IMG/VR virus record: IMGVR_UViG_3300037493_002747
Span: 1-64,000 of that record
Source of the DNA: a virus
Length of the DNA: 64,000 nt
Strand: one strand, 5' to 3'
Shown: positions 18,143 to 28,106 of the stretch, piece by piece
Numbering within the stretch: the first letter of the stretch is position 1
How the letters are laid out: the number at the start of each line of letters is the position of its first letter
Position numbers and translations under genes: made by a program
Notes under the pieces: model-generated
Seen by the model: only the letters and a program-made list of their open reading frames with translations
The model's database searches: none
Told to the model about the DNA's origin: nothing

Positions 18143-18554
18143 GGGGACGAGTGGTTTCGACGAGTGTTATTGAAACTGGTCGACATGCCGAGGACACAGG
18201 TGGGCCTCGTAAATCATCCTGTAAAAAAACAACTGCCAACACTTTTGGCAAGGTGATTCGTGGTTTCTTTGGAGTGGCTGCTGAGGCTACTCCGATGCTT
18301 GCCGCTGCCTAAACAGGCACACCTCCAAAACTCCGGAGTTTCTATGACAACCGGATGAGGATCAAAGAGAATAGATGACGGTCTGCAAAGACAGGCGATG
18401 CCGGGAATGAGACGCACCGGGGCGGATAGTCGAAGACATCCCTGAAAGAAGGGATAGACCAAGTCCGTGGTCGAGAAACATCGTGACGAAGCATGTGTAT
18501 GTTCAGTTGATTTATTATTCGGACAGGGGGTTCGACTCCCCCTCGTCTCCACCA
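18143..18554 (+). ncRNA. ssrA: tmRNA
   Basis: Acceptor stem GGGGACG/CGTCTCC with G3-U; GGTTTCGAC; T-arm GGGGGTTCGACTCCCCC; ACCA end; tag frame 18235-18312 ANTFGKVIRGFFGVAAEATPMLAAA*. Confidence 0.93.
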
Positions 18555-18588
18555 TTTTCAGAGATAATGAGGAAAGTTTGAAAAAGTG

Positions 18589-18618
18589 TTGAAAACTTAC
18601 TCGTTGTCGGAGTATAGT
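18589..18618 (+). promoter_or_regulatory. sigma70-like promoter
   Basis: TTGAAA-18 nt-TATAGT; predicted start coincides with the next RNA. Confidence 0.5.
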
Positions 18619-18625
18619 GATTTGT

Positions 18626-18831
18626 GAACGAAGTCAGGCTCCTTCAGGACTGGGTTACTTCATTACAAAAGCGAAAAAATCTCGGCGGTCTATGAGGACC
18701 GAAATTGAGATGACGATCTGCAAAGACAGAGTGGAATTCCGGGAAGACGGAATGGAGGCGTGGGAAGACACGCAAATGACAGCTCGGAAAGACGGCTTAC
18801 CTAGGACGAATATCGGAGTTTGATGGAGTTC
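18626..18831 (+). ncRNA. Y-RNA-like ncRNA 1 (with hairpin array)
   Basis: Terminal stem GTCAGGCTCC/GGAGTTTGAT; CCTTCAG..GGGTTACTTC..ACGAATATCGG core shared with the next RNA; upstream of Ro60. Confidence 0.55.
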
Positions 18832-18841
18832 TTGAGTTTTT

Positions 18842-18906
18842 GCTTGATACCTTCAGTTTGGGGTTACTTCTTGGTGAAAAACCCCCAAACGATTATTGGT
18901 GTCGGC
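18842..18906 (+). ncRNA. Y-RNA-like ncRNA 2 (minimal)
   Basis: Stems GCTTGATACC/GGTGTCGGC and GTTTGGGG/CCCCAAAC; same CCTTCAG, GGGTTACTTC and ACGATTATTGG core. Confidence 0.55.
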
Positions 18907-18914
18907 TATATTAT

Positions 18915-18991
18915 TGCGGGGTAGAGCAGCCCGGTAGCTTATCAGGCTCATAACCTGAAGGTCGCTGGTTCAAATCCAGCCCCCGCAACCA
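18915..18991 (+). tRNA. tRNA-Met (CAT), initiator-like
   Basis: Cloverleaf: TGCGGGG/CCCCGCA, A11-U24, anticodon loop CTCATAA, TTCAAAT T-loop, encoded CCA. Confidence 0.93.
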
Positions 18992-18993
18992 AT

Positions 18994-19031
18994 AAAGGCC
19001 GGACATCAATAAAAGGATGTTCGGCTTTTTC
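18994..19031 (+). terminator. Rho-independent terminator
   Basis: AAGGCCGGACATC/GATGTTCGGCTTT hairpin plus T-tract. Confidence 0.7.
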
Positions 19032-19140
19032 TTTGTATCGAATCGTGTAGGTTCAATGTTCTGTGTGGAACATTGGGAATAAGGGTGCCGAAAGGCACAA
19101 AATTGGTGGTAGAGATATCACCTTCAAGGAGGTAAGAGAA

Positions 19141-20895
19141 GTGAATAAGGTAAAGAAGGTCGCAAGGAGTAGGGCTTCGGTAGCAAGTCTGCCGAGCAAC
19201 GCAAAGGCCGCATCGGTAAACCGGGCGGGCGGAGTGGCATTCGAGGTAAATGATCCGGCATTGAAGTTGATCACCATGACTGGTGGGTCTTTCTTCGCCG
19301 AGCCGAGGTTCTATAACGCAGAGGCATGTGTACCTAAGCGTGGGACTGGCGGTAAGTTCGAGAAGCTGGCAGCGAGGCTAGAGATCGTGGATGGCAAGCT
19401 GAAGGGCTTTGTCACCTGTGATGAGCTTCCTGAGACGGCTCGTGAGGTTATCGCAACGGCTATCGATGTCGCCAAGGGTAAGACCCCGGAGGACATGCTG
19501 GCAATCGCCAACTGGCTTCGTAATGAGATGAACATCCGGATGACCCCGCAGATTTTGCTGGTGTTGGCATCTCAGATGGATGGGACTAAGTCACTGGTTC
19601 GGAAGTATGCGACTCACATCGTGAAGCGTCCGGATGAGGTTAAGACCTGTCTGTTGACTCATCGTTTTCTGTTCGGGCTGAAGAATCTCCCGAATGGCCT
19701 AGCGAGTGGATTGGCTGATGCTACGAGTAAGTTCGGTGAGCGTGGGTTGATGAAGTACGACGACTCTGGCTTTCCGACTTGGAAGGACGTTCTTTGCTGG
19801 CTTCCGCGTAAGGCTGGATGGCCGCTGAGTGCTGAGGTCGCCAAGTATTTCATCACCGGCAAGATTGATGACCCGGCTAAGACTCCGATCATCGCGGCTC
19901 GTAAGGAGTTGGTGAAGAAGACTGTGTTCGATACCGAGGCTCGTGACCTGGCAAAGAAGTCCCAAGTCAACTGGGAGGTCTTGCTGTCTCAGTTCGGTAA
20001 GGAGAAGAACAAGGTGTGGTCGTTTCTGATCGACAACGGTCTGATTGGCTACATGGCTCTGCTCCGTAATCTGAAGAACATCTTGGAGGCGAAGGTTTCC
20101 AAGGGTGTCATTCAGAAGGTATCGGATAAGCTCTCGAACAAGGACGAGGTTGCCAAGTCAAAGCAGCTTCCGTTCAGGTTCCTGTCGGCAAAGACGGTAT
20201 TGGATACTATGTCTAGTGGTTTCGATCTTGCGGACTACTCGGAGGTCGTGGCGGCTATTGAGTTGGCGGCAAATGAGGCATGTGCCAATATCCCGGTAAT
20301 GTCGGGTGAGACCATGGTGTTTGCAGACAATTCTGGTTCGATGACGAGTGCAAAATTGTCGGAGAAGTCGGCACGGAACTGTCGTGATGCTGCAAATATG
20401 CTGTCTGGTATCGCCGCCAAGGTATGTGAGAGGCCGTACCTGTTCGCATTTGGATCGAGTCTTCAGGAGATTCGTTTTGCCAAGACGGATACCGTAATGG
20501 GTATCTGTGACAAGGTAAAGCGATCAGGGGACGGTGGTTCTACGAATGGTCACCTGTGCATTGAGCATTTGATCAAGTCTGGGAAGACTCCGGCACGGGT
20601 TATCATCCTGACGGACTGTCAGATGTGGAATGATAACAGTAACGGTGGTGGTCAGCCGTTTGCGAATGCATGGGCGAAGTACCGGAAGTCAAGTAAGGCT
20701 GCGGCGGAGACTTGGCTTCATATCGTTCACCTTTCGGGATACGGGGATAGTCCAGTGGATGTGGGAGAGAGGGTGAATCAGGTCTCTGGGTTCTCAGAGA
20801 AGGTATTCACATCGATCCTCACTGTCGAGGGAGTTATGGGATCTACTCCACTCCCTACGGTGGAGCAGGTAAGGAATGGGTGGACGGTGAAATAG
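19141..20895 (+). CDS. Ro60/Rsr-like TROVE + vWA RNA-binding protein
   Basis: NRAGG N-terminus, RPDE, YMALLRNL, KQLPFRF, MIDAS DNSGSM, IILTD; SD AAGGAGGT before GTG. Confidence 0.9.
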   Translation: MNKVKKVARSRASVASLPSNAKAASVNRAGGVAFEVNDPALKLITMTGGSFFAEPRFYNAEACVPKRGTGGKFEKLAARLEIVDGKLKGFVTCDELPETAREVIATAIDVAKGKTPEDMLAIANWLRNEMNIRMTPQILLVLASQMDGTKSLVRKYATHIVKRPDEVKTCLLTHRFLFGLKNLPNGLASGLADATSKFGERGLMKYDDSGFPTWKDVLCWLPRKAGWPLSAEVAKYFITGKIDDPAKTPIIAARKELVKKTVFDTEARDLAKKSQVNWEVLLSQFGKEKNKVWSFLIDNGLIGYMALLRNLKNILEAKVSKGVIQKVSDKLSNKDEVAKSKQLPFRFLSAKTVLDTMSSGFDLADYSEVVAAIELAANEACANIPVMSGETMVFADNSGSMTSAKLSEKSARNCRDAANMLSGIAAKVCERPYLFAFGSSLQEIRFAKTDTVMGICDKVKRSGDGGSTNGHLCIEHLIKSGKTPARVIILTDCQMWNDNSNGGGQPFANAWAKYRKSSKAAAETWLHIVHLSGYGDSPVDVGERVNQVSGFSEKVFTSILTVEGVMGSTPLPTVEQVRNGWTVK

Positions 20896-20915
20896 TGGCC
20901 TAGAAAGGCTATTTG

Positions 20916-20953
20916 GAGGGGGTGGTGTCGAAAGGCATTGCCCCCTCTTTTTT
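20916..20953 (+). terminator. Rho-independent terminator
   Basis: GC-rich hairpin with GAAA loop plus T-tract. Confidence 0.75.
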
Positions 20954-21065
20954 GTTGTTGTAACAAATCTTTGATAAGCGGATAACAGGTATAGGTAGTG
21001 TAATAATTGTTTGATATTTGATACAAGGGTGTAGGGTAGTGAAAGACAATATGGAGGACAAAGTC

Positions 21066-21302
21066 ATGGGCTACAGGAAGAATCCGACGGATAAGAACCA
21101 GAATGAGATTGAGGGAGCAGCATTTGAGCAAGGCGTTCCGGTTTTTACAGATGATAAGACTCGTGTTGTTGCCAAGGGGTTGCAGACGGCACCTCTGAGA
21201 ACGGCGCATGGTTCTGCACAAGGTGGAGAGCGAAACAACGCTGGTGTTGTGATGCCGCCTAGTGACAAGCCTGGCAAGTTCGAGCAACCTGGGAAGGCGT
21301 AA
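21066..21302 (+). CDS. hypothetical protein
   Basis: SD GGAGG. Confidence 0.55.
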   Translation: MGYRKNPTDKNQNEIEGAAFEQGVPVFTDDKTRVVAKGLQTAPLRTAHGSAQGGERNNAGVVMPPSDKPGKFEQPGKA

Positions 21303-21309
21303 CCCAAAC

Positions 21310-21552
21310 ATGAAAAACGACATCAAAGTCGCAAAGGAACTTGTGGCAGTTGCTCGGGAATTGTCAGCATTGGGGATTGACCCTGATATGATGGTAGACC
21401 AAGATGCTGTTGGCAAGTTGGCTGAAAAGCTTTTATCTCGTCTTGGACCTGCAAAGTCCAGACAGATAAGGACATACGGAGTAGAAATCCGTCCTACTGA
21501 CACGGTTGAGCAATTGGCTCGTGCGTGGTCTACGGTTCTACTCGCGCAGTAA
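21310..21552 (+). CDS. hypothetical protein with KVAKELVAVARELSA leader
   Basis: Compact packing. Confidence 0.55.
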   Translation: MKNDIKVAKELVAVARELSALGIDPDMMVDQDAVGKLAEKLLSRLGPAKSRQIRTYGVEIRPTDTVEQLARAWSTVLLAQ

Positions 21553-21653
21553 ATAGCCTATGCCCAAAAGGCTGGCGTGGACGATGGGTGTCGGATCACG
21601 CTGGGGTTGCTCCGTTGAGTAACCCCCGAAGGGCAAAAAACGGAGGAAGTGTT

Positions 21654-22073
21654 ATGTCTGCAAGTACAACAGCAAGCTGGTGGCAATATTCGGCATGGGT
21701 GAAGAACATCGCTCGTAACATGCGTATTACGCCTCCTACGGACAACAGTTTAGAGGCGCAAATCAAGACGTTTATCAAGTACTTCTGGAATCCTCAGACC
21801 CAGACCGGTACTCGTCCTTGGTTGGCTGAGAAGTTCATGCGTCTTTCTGTGACGGCAGCAGCTTCTAACTATCTTGGAGATATTGATCAGGAGCCCTTTG
21901 CGGTTCAGGACAAGATGTTGGAAGTAATTGGTCGTGATCTGAAGAAGATTCCAATCACGGATGCCGAAAAAGCTCAAGCAGATGCATTGATTGCCTTGTG
22001 TGAGAATCGAAGATATGGTACAGGTCCTTACTTCGGTGGCGTGATTGGATCGACAGTTACAATTCCATCATGA
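21654..22073 (+). CDS. hypothetical protein
   Basis: SD GGAGG. Confidence 0.65.
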   Translation: MSASTTASWWQYSAWVKNIARNMRITPPTDNSLEAQIKTFIKYFWNPQTQTGTRPWLAEKFMRLSVTAAASNYLGDIDQEPFAVQDKMLEVIGRDLKKIPITDAEKAQADALIALCENRRYGTGPYFGGVIGSTVTIPS

Positions 22074-22243
22074 CGGCTAGAGACGACCAGAGAGAAGTCA
22101 ACAATCTACCCAAGTTGCATGAGGAACAGCAACAGGGTAGAATGTTGGTGATTGATGAGGCAAAGGCTGCTAGGATAGCATCCAGAGTAGCAATTGCTTG
22201 GGAGAAGAATTTCAAGTCTAAAGTCCATAGACAATTGGACTAG
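22070..22243 (+). CDS. small protein (57 aa, not in track) with RIASRVA motif
   Basis: ATGA overlap; hand translation. Confidence 0.45.
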   Translation: MTARDDQREVNNLPKLHEEQQQGRMLVIDEAKAARIASRVAIAWEKNFKSKVHRQLD

Positions 22244-22322
22244 ACACAGGTATTTCCGGGAGTACCGGGAAGCGGAGCTGGGGGTTCCAGTTCTGGTAGT
22301 ATTAATAAGTATGGAGGTATAT

Positions 22323-23254
<932 letters not shown>

Positions 23255-23258
<4 letters not shown>

Positions 23259-23554
23259 TCTTCCCGTTTCAGTGTCAAAAATGTAGTAAGAGTTTTGATG
23301 AGGAGTTCCCGATAGGTAAAGCACCTCGCGTGACTCCTTGTCCTCATTGCAAGGGTAATGGCAAACGCATTTACGATGGAATGTGCGTTGCTGTTAAAAT
23401 TGGAGGGGCATTTTGTCATTCGTCAACCTTTGGCGAACAGATGAAGGCCCGGAATATGCAGGCAGCGCAACGGATGAAGGGGCGTAAGGCCCCGGTACGA
23501 CTAGCCGCAATGGATCATGGCGGTGGTGACGTACGTGAGGTGAAAGCAAAGTGA
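23255..23554 (+). CDS. FmdB-family zinc-ribbon protein
   Basis: FQCQKC...CPHC. Confidence 0.7.
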
Positions 23555-24306
23555 TGATATGGACGGCAAGCAAAACCTTCTTTCGAGATTTGACAGGGCA
23601 TCATTACGGGATGCTTGCCGTCCTGTCTTTACATAGCAAGGTGGGTAATTTCAGAAAGTGGAATTGCCGATGTGATTGTGGAACGGAATGCGTTAAGTAT
23701 GGACATCAGATTCGGGCCGGACAAGTAGTATCCTGTGGTTGTGAACAGAAAAGAAAAGCGAAAGAGACCGGCAATAATAATGCGGTTGATTTAACAGGCA
23801 GGAGATTTGGAAGGCTTGTTGTTATTGGAAGGAGTGGGAGTAATAAGCATCAGAAGGCAAGATGGAAGTGTAAATGTGATTGTGGTAAGGAGAAGTTGCT
23901 TGTTGCTGGATCATTGATTTCTGGAAATTCAGAGTCTTGCGGTTGTATTCAGAAAGAGACGATGCACGAGATTCGATGGAATCCAAATCTTTCACAGGAA
24001 GATCGAGAGACGAATCGAAATCGAGAGATTACCATCCCTGGACTCCATCTATGGCGTAAGGCGGTTTACGAACGGGACGGGTATCGGTGTGTCGTTTGTG
24101 GTGGAAGTAAGAGTGGTCGTTTTGTTGCTCATCACATTGCCTCTTGGGCTGCGAATAAAGATGTGCGGTTAGATGTAGAGAATGGGGTTACATCATGTGT
24201 TGATTGTCACAAGGAATTCCATTCGAGATATGGTTGGGGCGGAAACACTCTCGGACAATGGTCCGAGTTTTTGACTATAAAAAGTCGGATCGGAATCGCA
24301 GTATGA
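23551..24306 (+). CDS. HNH homing endonuclease
   Basis: Two DLTG..G.L..W.C.CDCG...SCGC repeats; CVVC, AHHI, NG, CVDCH. Confidence 0.85.
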   Translation: MMIWTASKTFFRDLTGHHYGMLAVLSLHSKVGNFRKWNCRCDCGTECVKYGHQIRAGQVVSCGCEQKRKAKETGNNNAVDLTGRRFGRLVVIGRSGSNKHQKARWKCKCDCGKEKLLVAGSLISGNSESCGCIQKETMHEIRWNPNLSQEDRETNRNREITIPGLHLWRKAVYERDGYRCVVCGGSKSGRFVAHHIASWAANKDVRLDVENGVTSCVDCHKEFHSRYGWGGNTLGQWSEFLTIKSRIGIAV

Positions 24307-24575
24307 GTGATGTAAGTAGTTCTGAATCAAAGAGTAAACTCTATAGGACCTCGGACATTTATTTTTCAGCCTTTCTGTGTTCTTTGGATTTTCCGCTTAA
24401 GACTACGGAGACTACAGGAACAGCGGATGGCGGGAAGAAGGTTGTTTTTGTATTTTCTGTTCCGGACGTTGATTTGGCGAAAGTCAAGGCACTGTACTTT
24501 GGTGGATCGGGGACAGTCAAAGCTCGTGTATTTGTAGATCATCTGCGAAGTTTCAAGCAAATGTGCTTCACCTAG
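24303..24575 (+). CDS. DUF5659-like small phage protein
   Basis: YRTSDIYFSAFL...VVFVF. Confidence 0.55.
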   Translation: MSDVSSSESKSKLYRTSDIYFSAFLCSLDFPLKTTETTGTADGGKKVVFVFSVPDVDLAKVKALYFGGSGTVKARVFVDHLRSFKQMCFT

Positions 24576-24630
24576 AATATGTGCTTTACTTGACACCTGA
24601 TTTGTGGTCTACTTCTTATGGAGGTAGATC

Positions 24631-25269
24631 ATGGATAAGATTTGTACAAGATGTGGTCAGGCCAAATCGGATGATTGTTTTGGGAGAGATAAGAATCGAA
24701 AAGATGGCTTGAATTCTTGGTGCCGTGAGTGTGTGAAGGAAACTTCTAAGGCTCATTATGCGGCGAATACTGAAAAACGTCGGGAAGCTAGTTTAGCCAT
24801 CTATCATCGTAACGCTCAGGACGAAGGATTTCGGGACTCTAGGAATGCTCGTCAGCGGGTGTATTCAAAGGACTATATGCGGCGTCCTCGTACTCGCCAG
24901 TTGGCGAGGGGGTGGATGAAGCGGTACATGTCCAAGATCAAGAATAGAATATCCAAACAGTTGTCGTATCAGGTCTGGTACTCGTTGCGTTTGGTACTGG
25001 ACAAGTCGAGGAGTAAGAACGGGAAGCATTGGCCCGAATTGGTAGGATGGACTGTCGAGCAGTTGATGACTCATTTGGAGTCGAAATTTCAGTCGGGGAT
25101 GACCTGGGACAATTATGGTGAGTGGCACATAGATCATGTGACTCCGAGAAGTTGGTTTCCGATTAAGGTTGTCGGGGATGAGGCATTTCGGTCTTGTTGG
25201 AGGTTGGAAAATCTTCAACCTATGTGGGCAAGGGATAATTCGGCAAAGGGCAATAGGTTTTCTGGGTAG
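24631..25269 (+). CDS. HNH homing endonuclease
   Basis: N-terminal CxxC...CxxC; WDNYGEWHIDH, NLQPMW, NSAKGN. Confidence 0.85.
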   Translation: MDKICTRCGQAKSDDCFGRDKNRKDGLNSWCRECVKETSKAHYAANTEKRREASLAIYHRNAQDEGFRDSRNARQRVYSKDYMRRPRTRQLARGWMKRYMSKIKNRISKQLSYQVWYSLRLVLDKSRSKNGKHWPELVGWTVEQLMTHLESKFQSGMTWDNYGEWHIDHVTPRSWFPIKVVGDEAFRSCWRLENLQPMWARDNSAKGNRFSG

Positions 25270-25329
25270 TGTTTCACCTGATTGTGTGATAATTCTTTGA
25301 TACTCGGTCTACTTGTGAAGGAGTCGGGT

Positions 25330-25722
25330 ATGGACAGAAGAGACAGAATAGCGGGAATAGCCACGAAAGTGGTTTTTCGATTTATCGCAGCGGGGCAGCA
25401 AGAAGAGACAATCTTCGACGCTGCTTTTTCAGTTTTGAGGAAAAAGGCTCGGGAGTACAAGGACAGCCTGGAACAGTCAGCCCGAGATTCCTTACAGGGA
25501 AATTTGATAAAAGACCTTACTGGTAGAGGGTACGATGTAGTATCAGTCGAGATTAGCCTAGGAAAATACCGTGGATCACGGTTTGTTACCTCGGCGAAAG
25601 TGACAGTCAGGATGAAGGATGCTAAGGCTACGAAGAGCCTAGAGAAGGAACTACAACGGTATCATACCCGGTACAATCTCAAGTCGTTTGAAGATGGAGT
25701 GGCGGTATACAACATTAGGTAG
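25330..25722 (+). CDS. hypothetical protein (RIA leader)
   Basis: SD AAGGAG. Confidence 0.65.
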   Translation: MDRRDRIAGIATKVVFRFIAAGQQEETIFDAAFSVLRKKAREYKDSLEQSARDSLQGNLIKDLTGRGYDVVSVEISLGKYRGSRFVTSAKVTVRMKDAKATKSLEKELQRYHTRYNLKSFEDGVAVYNIR

Positions 25723-25733
25723 GGAGAAGCAAA

Positions 25734-26516
25734 ATGAATTGTGTTACAGCAGGTGTACATGAGGACTATGAATGTCCAAACTGTGGGTGGAAAGGCAACA
25801 AGAGTTATATGGACTATGACGATAAAAAGCTTACGCTGAACTGCCCTCAGTGTGGGAAAACAATTATCCGTCATTACCGTGAAGCAAAAATAGTGGATAG
25901 GGTAGTGGCATCAACGATGCACCTGGCATGGGGTGGAACTTCAATAAGACTGCCATTGGATCGTAGTTTCTATCATCCCAAAGATATTGCGATTGAGACG
26001 ATCACTCCCGAAGGTACTGATTTGGACATTAGGGCCTATCAGCAAAATGGGAGATGGATTGGAGTTGCCTTCGCAGGGAAGGCCAATCGTCCATTGTGGA
26101 ATTACTCATTCCGTGATCGTTCCCAATTGGATCGAAAGGTCGCTGAGACAGTTGAAGACCGTAAAAAGAAAATGGAATACAAACAGAACCGGATGGAGGA
26201 AAAGCGGCAATTCACACACAGTCTGAAAGAGGGAGACATCCTGTATGCCAGTTGGGGATATGATCAGACGAATGTTGATTTCTATCAGGTAACAGAAGTC
26301 GGGGCAAAGAGTGTGAAGATCAGGGAGATTGGACAGAAGGTGGTTGGTGGCTCGGTTGGCTCTGATTTGGTTGTTGCAGTACCGAATCATTTTACTGGTC
26401 CGGAACAGATGAAGATTGTGAGTACTGGCAACTCAGTGAGAATCAAATCCTACTCTAGCGCATATCGCTGGGATGGTAAGCCACAGCATCAAACAGCATC
26501 TGGATATGGGCATTGA
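25734..26516 (+). CDS. hypothetical protein with N-terminal zinc ribbon
   Basis: CPNC...CPQC; GDILYASWGYDQTNVDFYQV motif seen in phage hypotheticals. Confidence 0.7.
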   Translation: MNCVTAGVHEDYECPNCGWKGNKSYMDYDDKKLTLNCPQCGKTIIRHYREAKIVDRVVASTMHLAWGGTSIRLPLDRSFYHPKDIAIETITPEGTDLDIRAYQQNGRWIGVAFAGKANRPLWNYSFRDRSQLDRKVAETVEDRKKKMEYKQNRMEEKRQFTHSLKEGDILYASWGYDQTNVDFYQVTEVGAKSVKIREIGQKVVGGSVGSDLVVAVPNHFTGPEQMKIVSTGNSVRIKSYSSAYRWDGKPQHQTASGYGH

Positions 26517-26527
26517 GGGGGTTCAAG

Positions 26528-26905
26528 ATGGACAGAATAACGCGAATAGCAAGTAAGATGGTCGCAGGCACTTCTCTGGATGGAATGAGTAACCAGCGGG
26601 CAAAGAGAAGGATCAATGAGGTTCTAAAGAGACACACGAAGGGATTCTTCTCGGATGAGTATTGGGCTCCGGTGAATGAGACATGGAAGGCTTTGACGGA
26701 TGAGGGCATAGATTGGACTCTTGAAGGAACCAAATACGACCATGATAGGGATAACGTGCCTACCAGTAAGACATGGACGTTCAAAGTGGAATTCCTAAAT
26801 GACCGTGGAAGGCCAACTACGGTATATGGGGTGATTGTGGCTTCAGGATGCGCCTCTGTGAAATCACCACTTGACAGATACGATTTAGTTGCTTATGTGA
26901 GTTGA
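26528..26905 (+). CDS. hypothetical protein (RIA leader)
   Basis: SD GAGGGG. Confidence 0.65.
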   Translation: MDRITRIASKMVAGTSLDGMSNQRAKRRINEVLKRHTKGFFSDEYWAPVNETWKALTDEGIDWTLEGTKYDHDRDNVPTSKTWTFKVEFLNDRGRPTTVYGVIVASGCASVKSPLDRYDLVAYVS

Positions 26906-26915
26906 GGAGTTGATT

Positions 26916-27713
26916 ATGAGCTTTTTCCCTGGAACTTTCATTCCTACAGGGCTAGGTACTACACCAAGGTTCAGTCACCTTGTTGATGATTTGATGACGC
27001 CTCGTTTGATGTCTTTCAGGATGATTCATATAGCAGATGAGCCTTGTGAGTTGAAGCCAGACAGGGTTACATGGAAGACTACATTCGGCAATTGGCTCCA
27101 AGGAGAGAACATCGTCCTTCGCAAGGGCGGAATGATGTTGGATATGAGCACTGAGGTAACTGACATTAGTTACACTTACGGGACATTCAAGGCAGGCATT
27201 CCGGATTTGGATGGTCAGAGGGTATCGAGAGATACCCTAGAAGCGACGTATGTGTTTGATTATTTCCCAGAAGTGGTTTTGGAGGGTTTCATTACGGCTG
27301 CGGTGAGTATAATCAATACGACTGCGGTAGGTCCTCCGACAAGTTACACGGTTGATTCATCCCCAACAAACTGGGAAGGCGTCATTGTAGATGTGGCATA
27401 TGCTATGTGTATGGAGAAACTTCTTTTGGATTATGATCTATGGCGGTACCGTTTGGTATTTGCTATTGGTCCGAATGAGATGGAGGGTGGTGGTGGAGAT
27501 ATTGCCAGTCAGCTCACTACGCTCAAACAGAATGCGGAACAGCGGGCGGAGAAGGCCATGGACAACCCGAAGTTCAAGACTGGTAACTACTTATCACCTC
27601 CGACGGGTATTTACTTCAGTTCAATACGGGGATTTGGTAGTTCGATGGGAGGGCATGGAGTGCCATTCGTGACAGGAAGGCTTCGCGGATGGAAACCTAA
27701 CAAGTGGATTTAG
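26916..27713 (+). CDS. putative virion neck/head-completion protein
   Basis: SD GAGGAG; position before tail genes. Confidence 0.45.
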   Translation: MSFFPGTFIPTGLGTTPRFSHLVDDLMTPRLMSFRMIHIADEPCELKPDRVTWKTTFGNWLQGENIVLRKGGMMLDMSTEVTDISYTYGTFKAGIPDLDGQRVSRDTLEATYVFDYFPEVVLEGFITAAVSIINTTAVGPPTSYTVDSSPTNWEGVIVDVAYAMCMEKLLLDYDLWRYRLVFAIGPNEMEGGGGDIASQLTTLKQNAEQRAEKAMDNPKFKTGNYLSPPTGIYFSSIRGFGSSMGGHGVPFVTGRLRGWKPNKWI

Positions 27714-27728
27714 TCTGTGAGGTAAGTT

Positions 27729-28103
27729 ATGGCTAATGAGATACAATACAGTTTCAACATTGGACTGACTAATGGCTTGCTTTCAGACAAGTACAATACT
27801 GCTTCAAAGGCAAACCAGAGCAATGCCAATATGGTTAGGAATACTCAGACTCTCCTATCTGCTTCGGCTCAAGGAGATCAATTGGATGTTGGAGGTGTGC
27901 TTGTTCCTGGGCTTGCAGTTTTCACTAATCTTGATTCGACGAATTTTGCAGAGATTGGGATAATAGTTTCAGGGACTTTTTATCCATTTTTGAAGTTGTT
28001 GAGTGGTCAGAGTAGTGGACCATTATTCCTTGGTGCAACGGCAATTTATGGACGGGCTAACACTGGTAATGTCAAGTTGTTCTACATCATTTACGATACG
28101 TGA
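27729..28103 (+). CDS. putative virion protein
   Basis: SD GAGGT; beta-rich composition. Confidence 0.55.
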   Translation: MANEIQYSFNIGLTNGLLSDKYNTASKANQSNANMVRNTQTLLSASAQGDQLDVGGVLVPGLAVFTNLDSTNFAEIGIIVSGTFYPFLKLLSGQSSGPLFLGATAIYGRANTGNVKLFYIIYDT

Positions 28104-28106
28104 CAT

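Noticed and set aside
18127-18312. 61-aa ORF
   Set aside because: It is the tmRNA tag frame extended upstream
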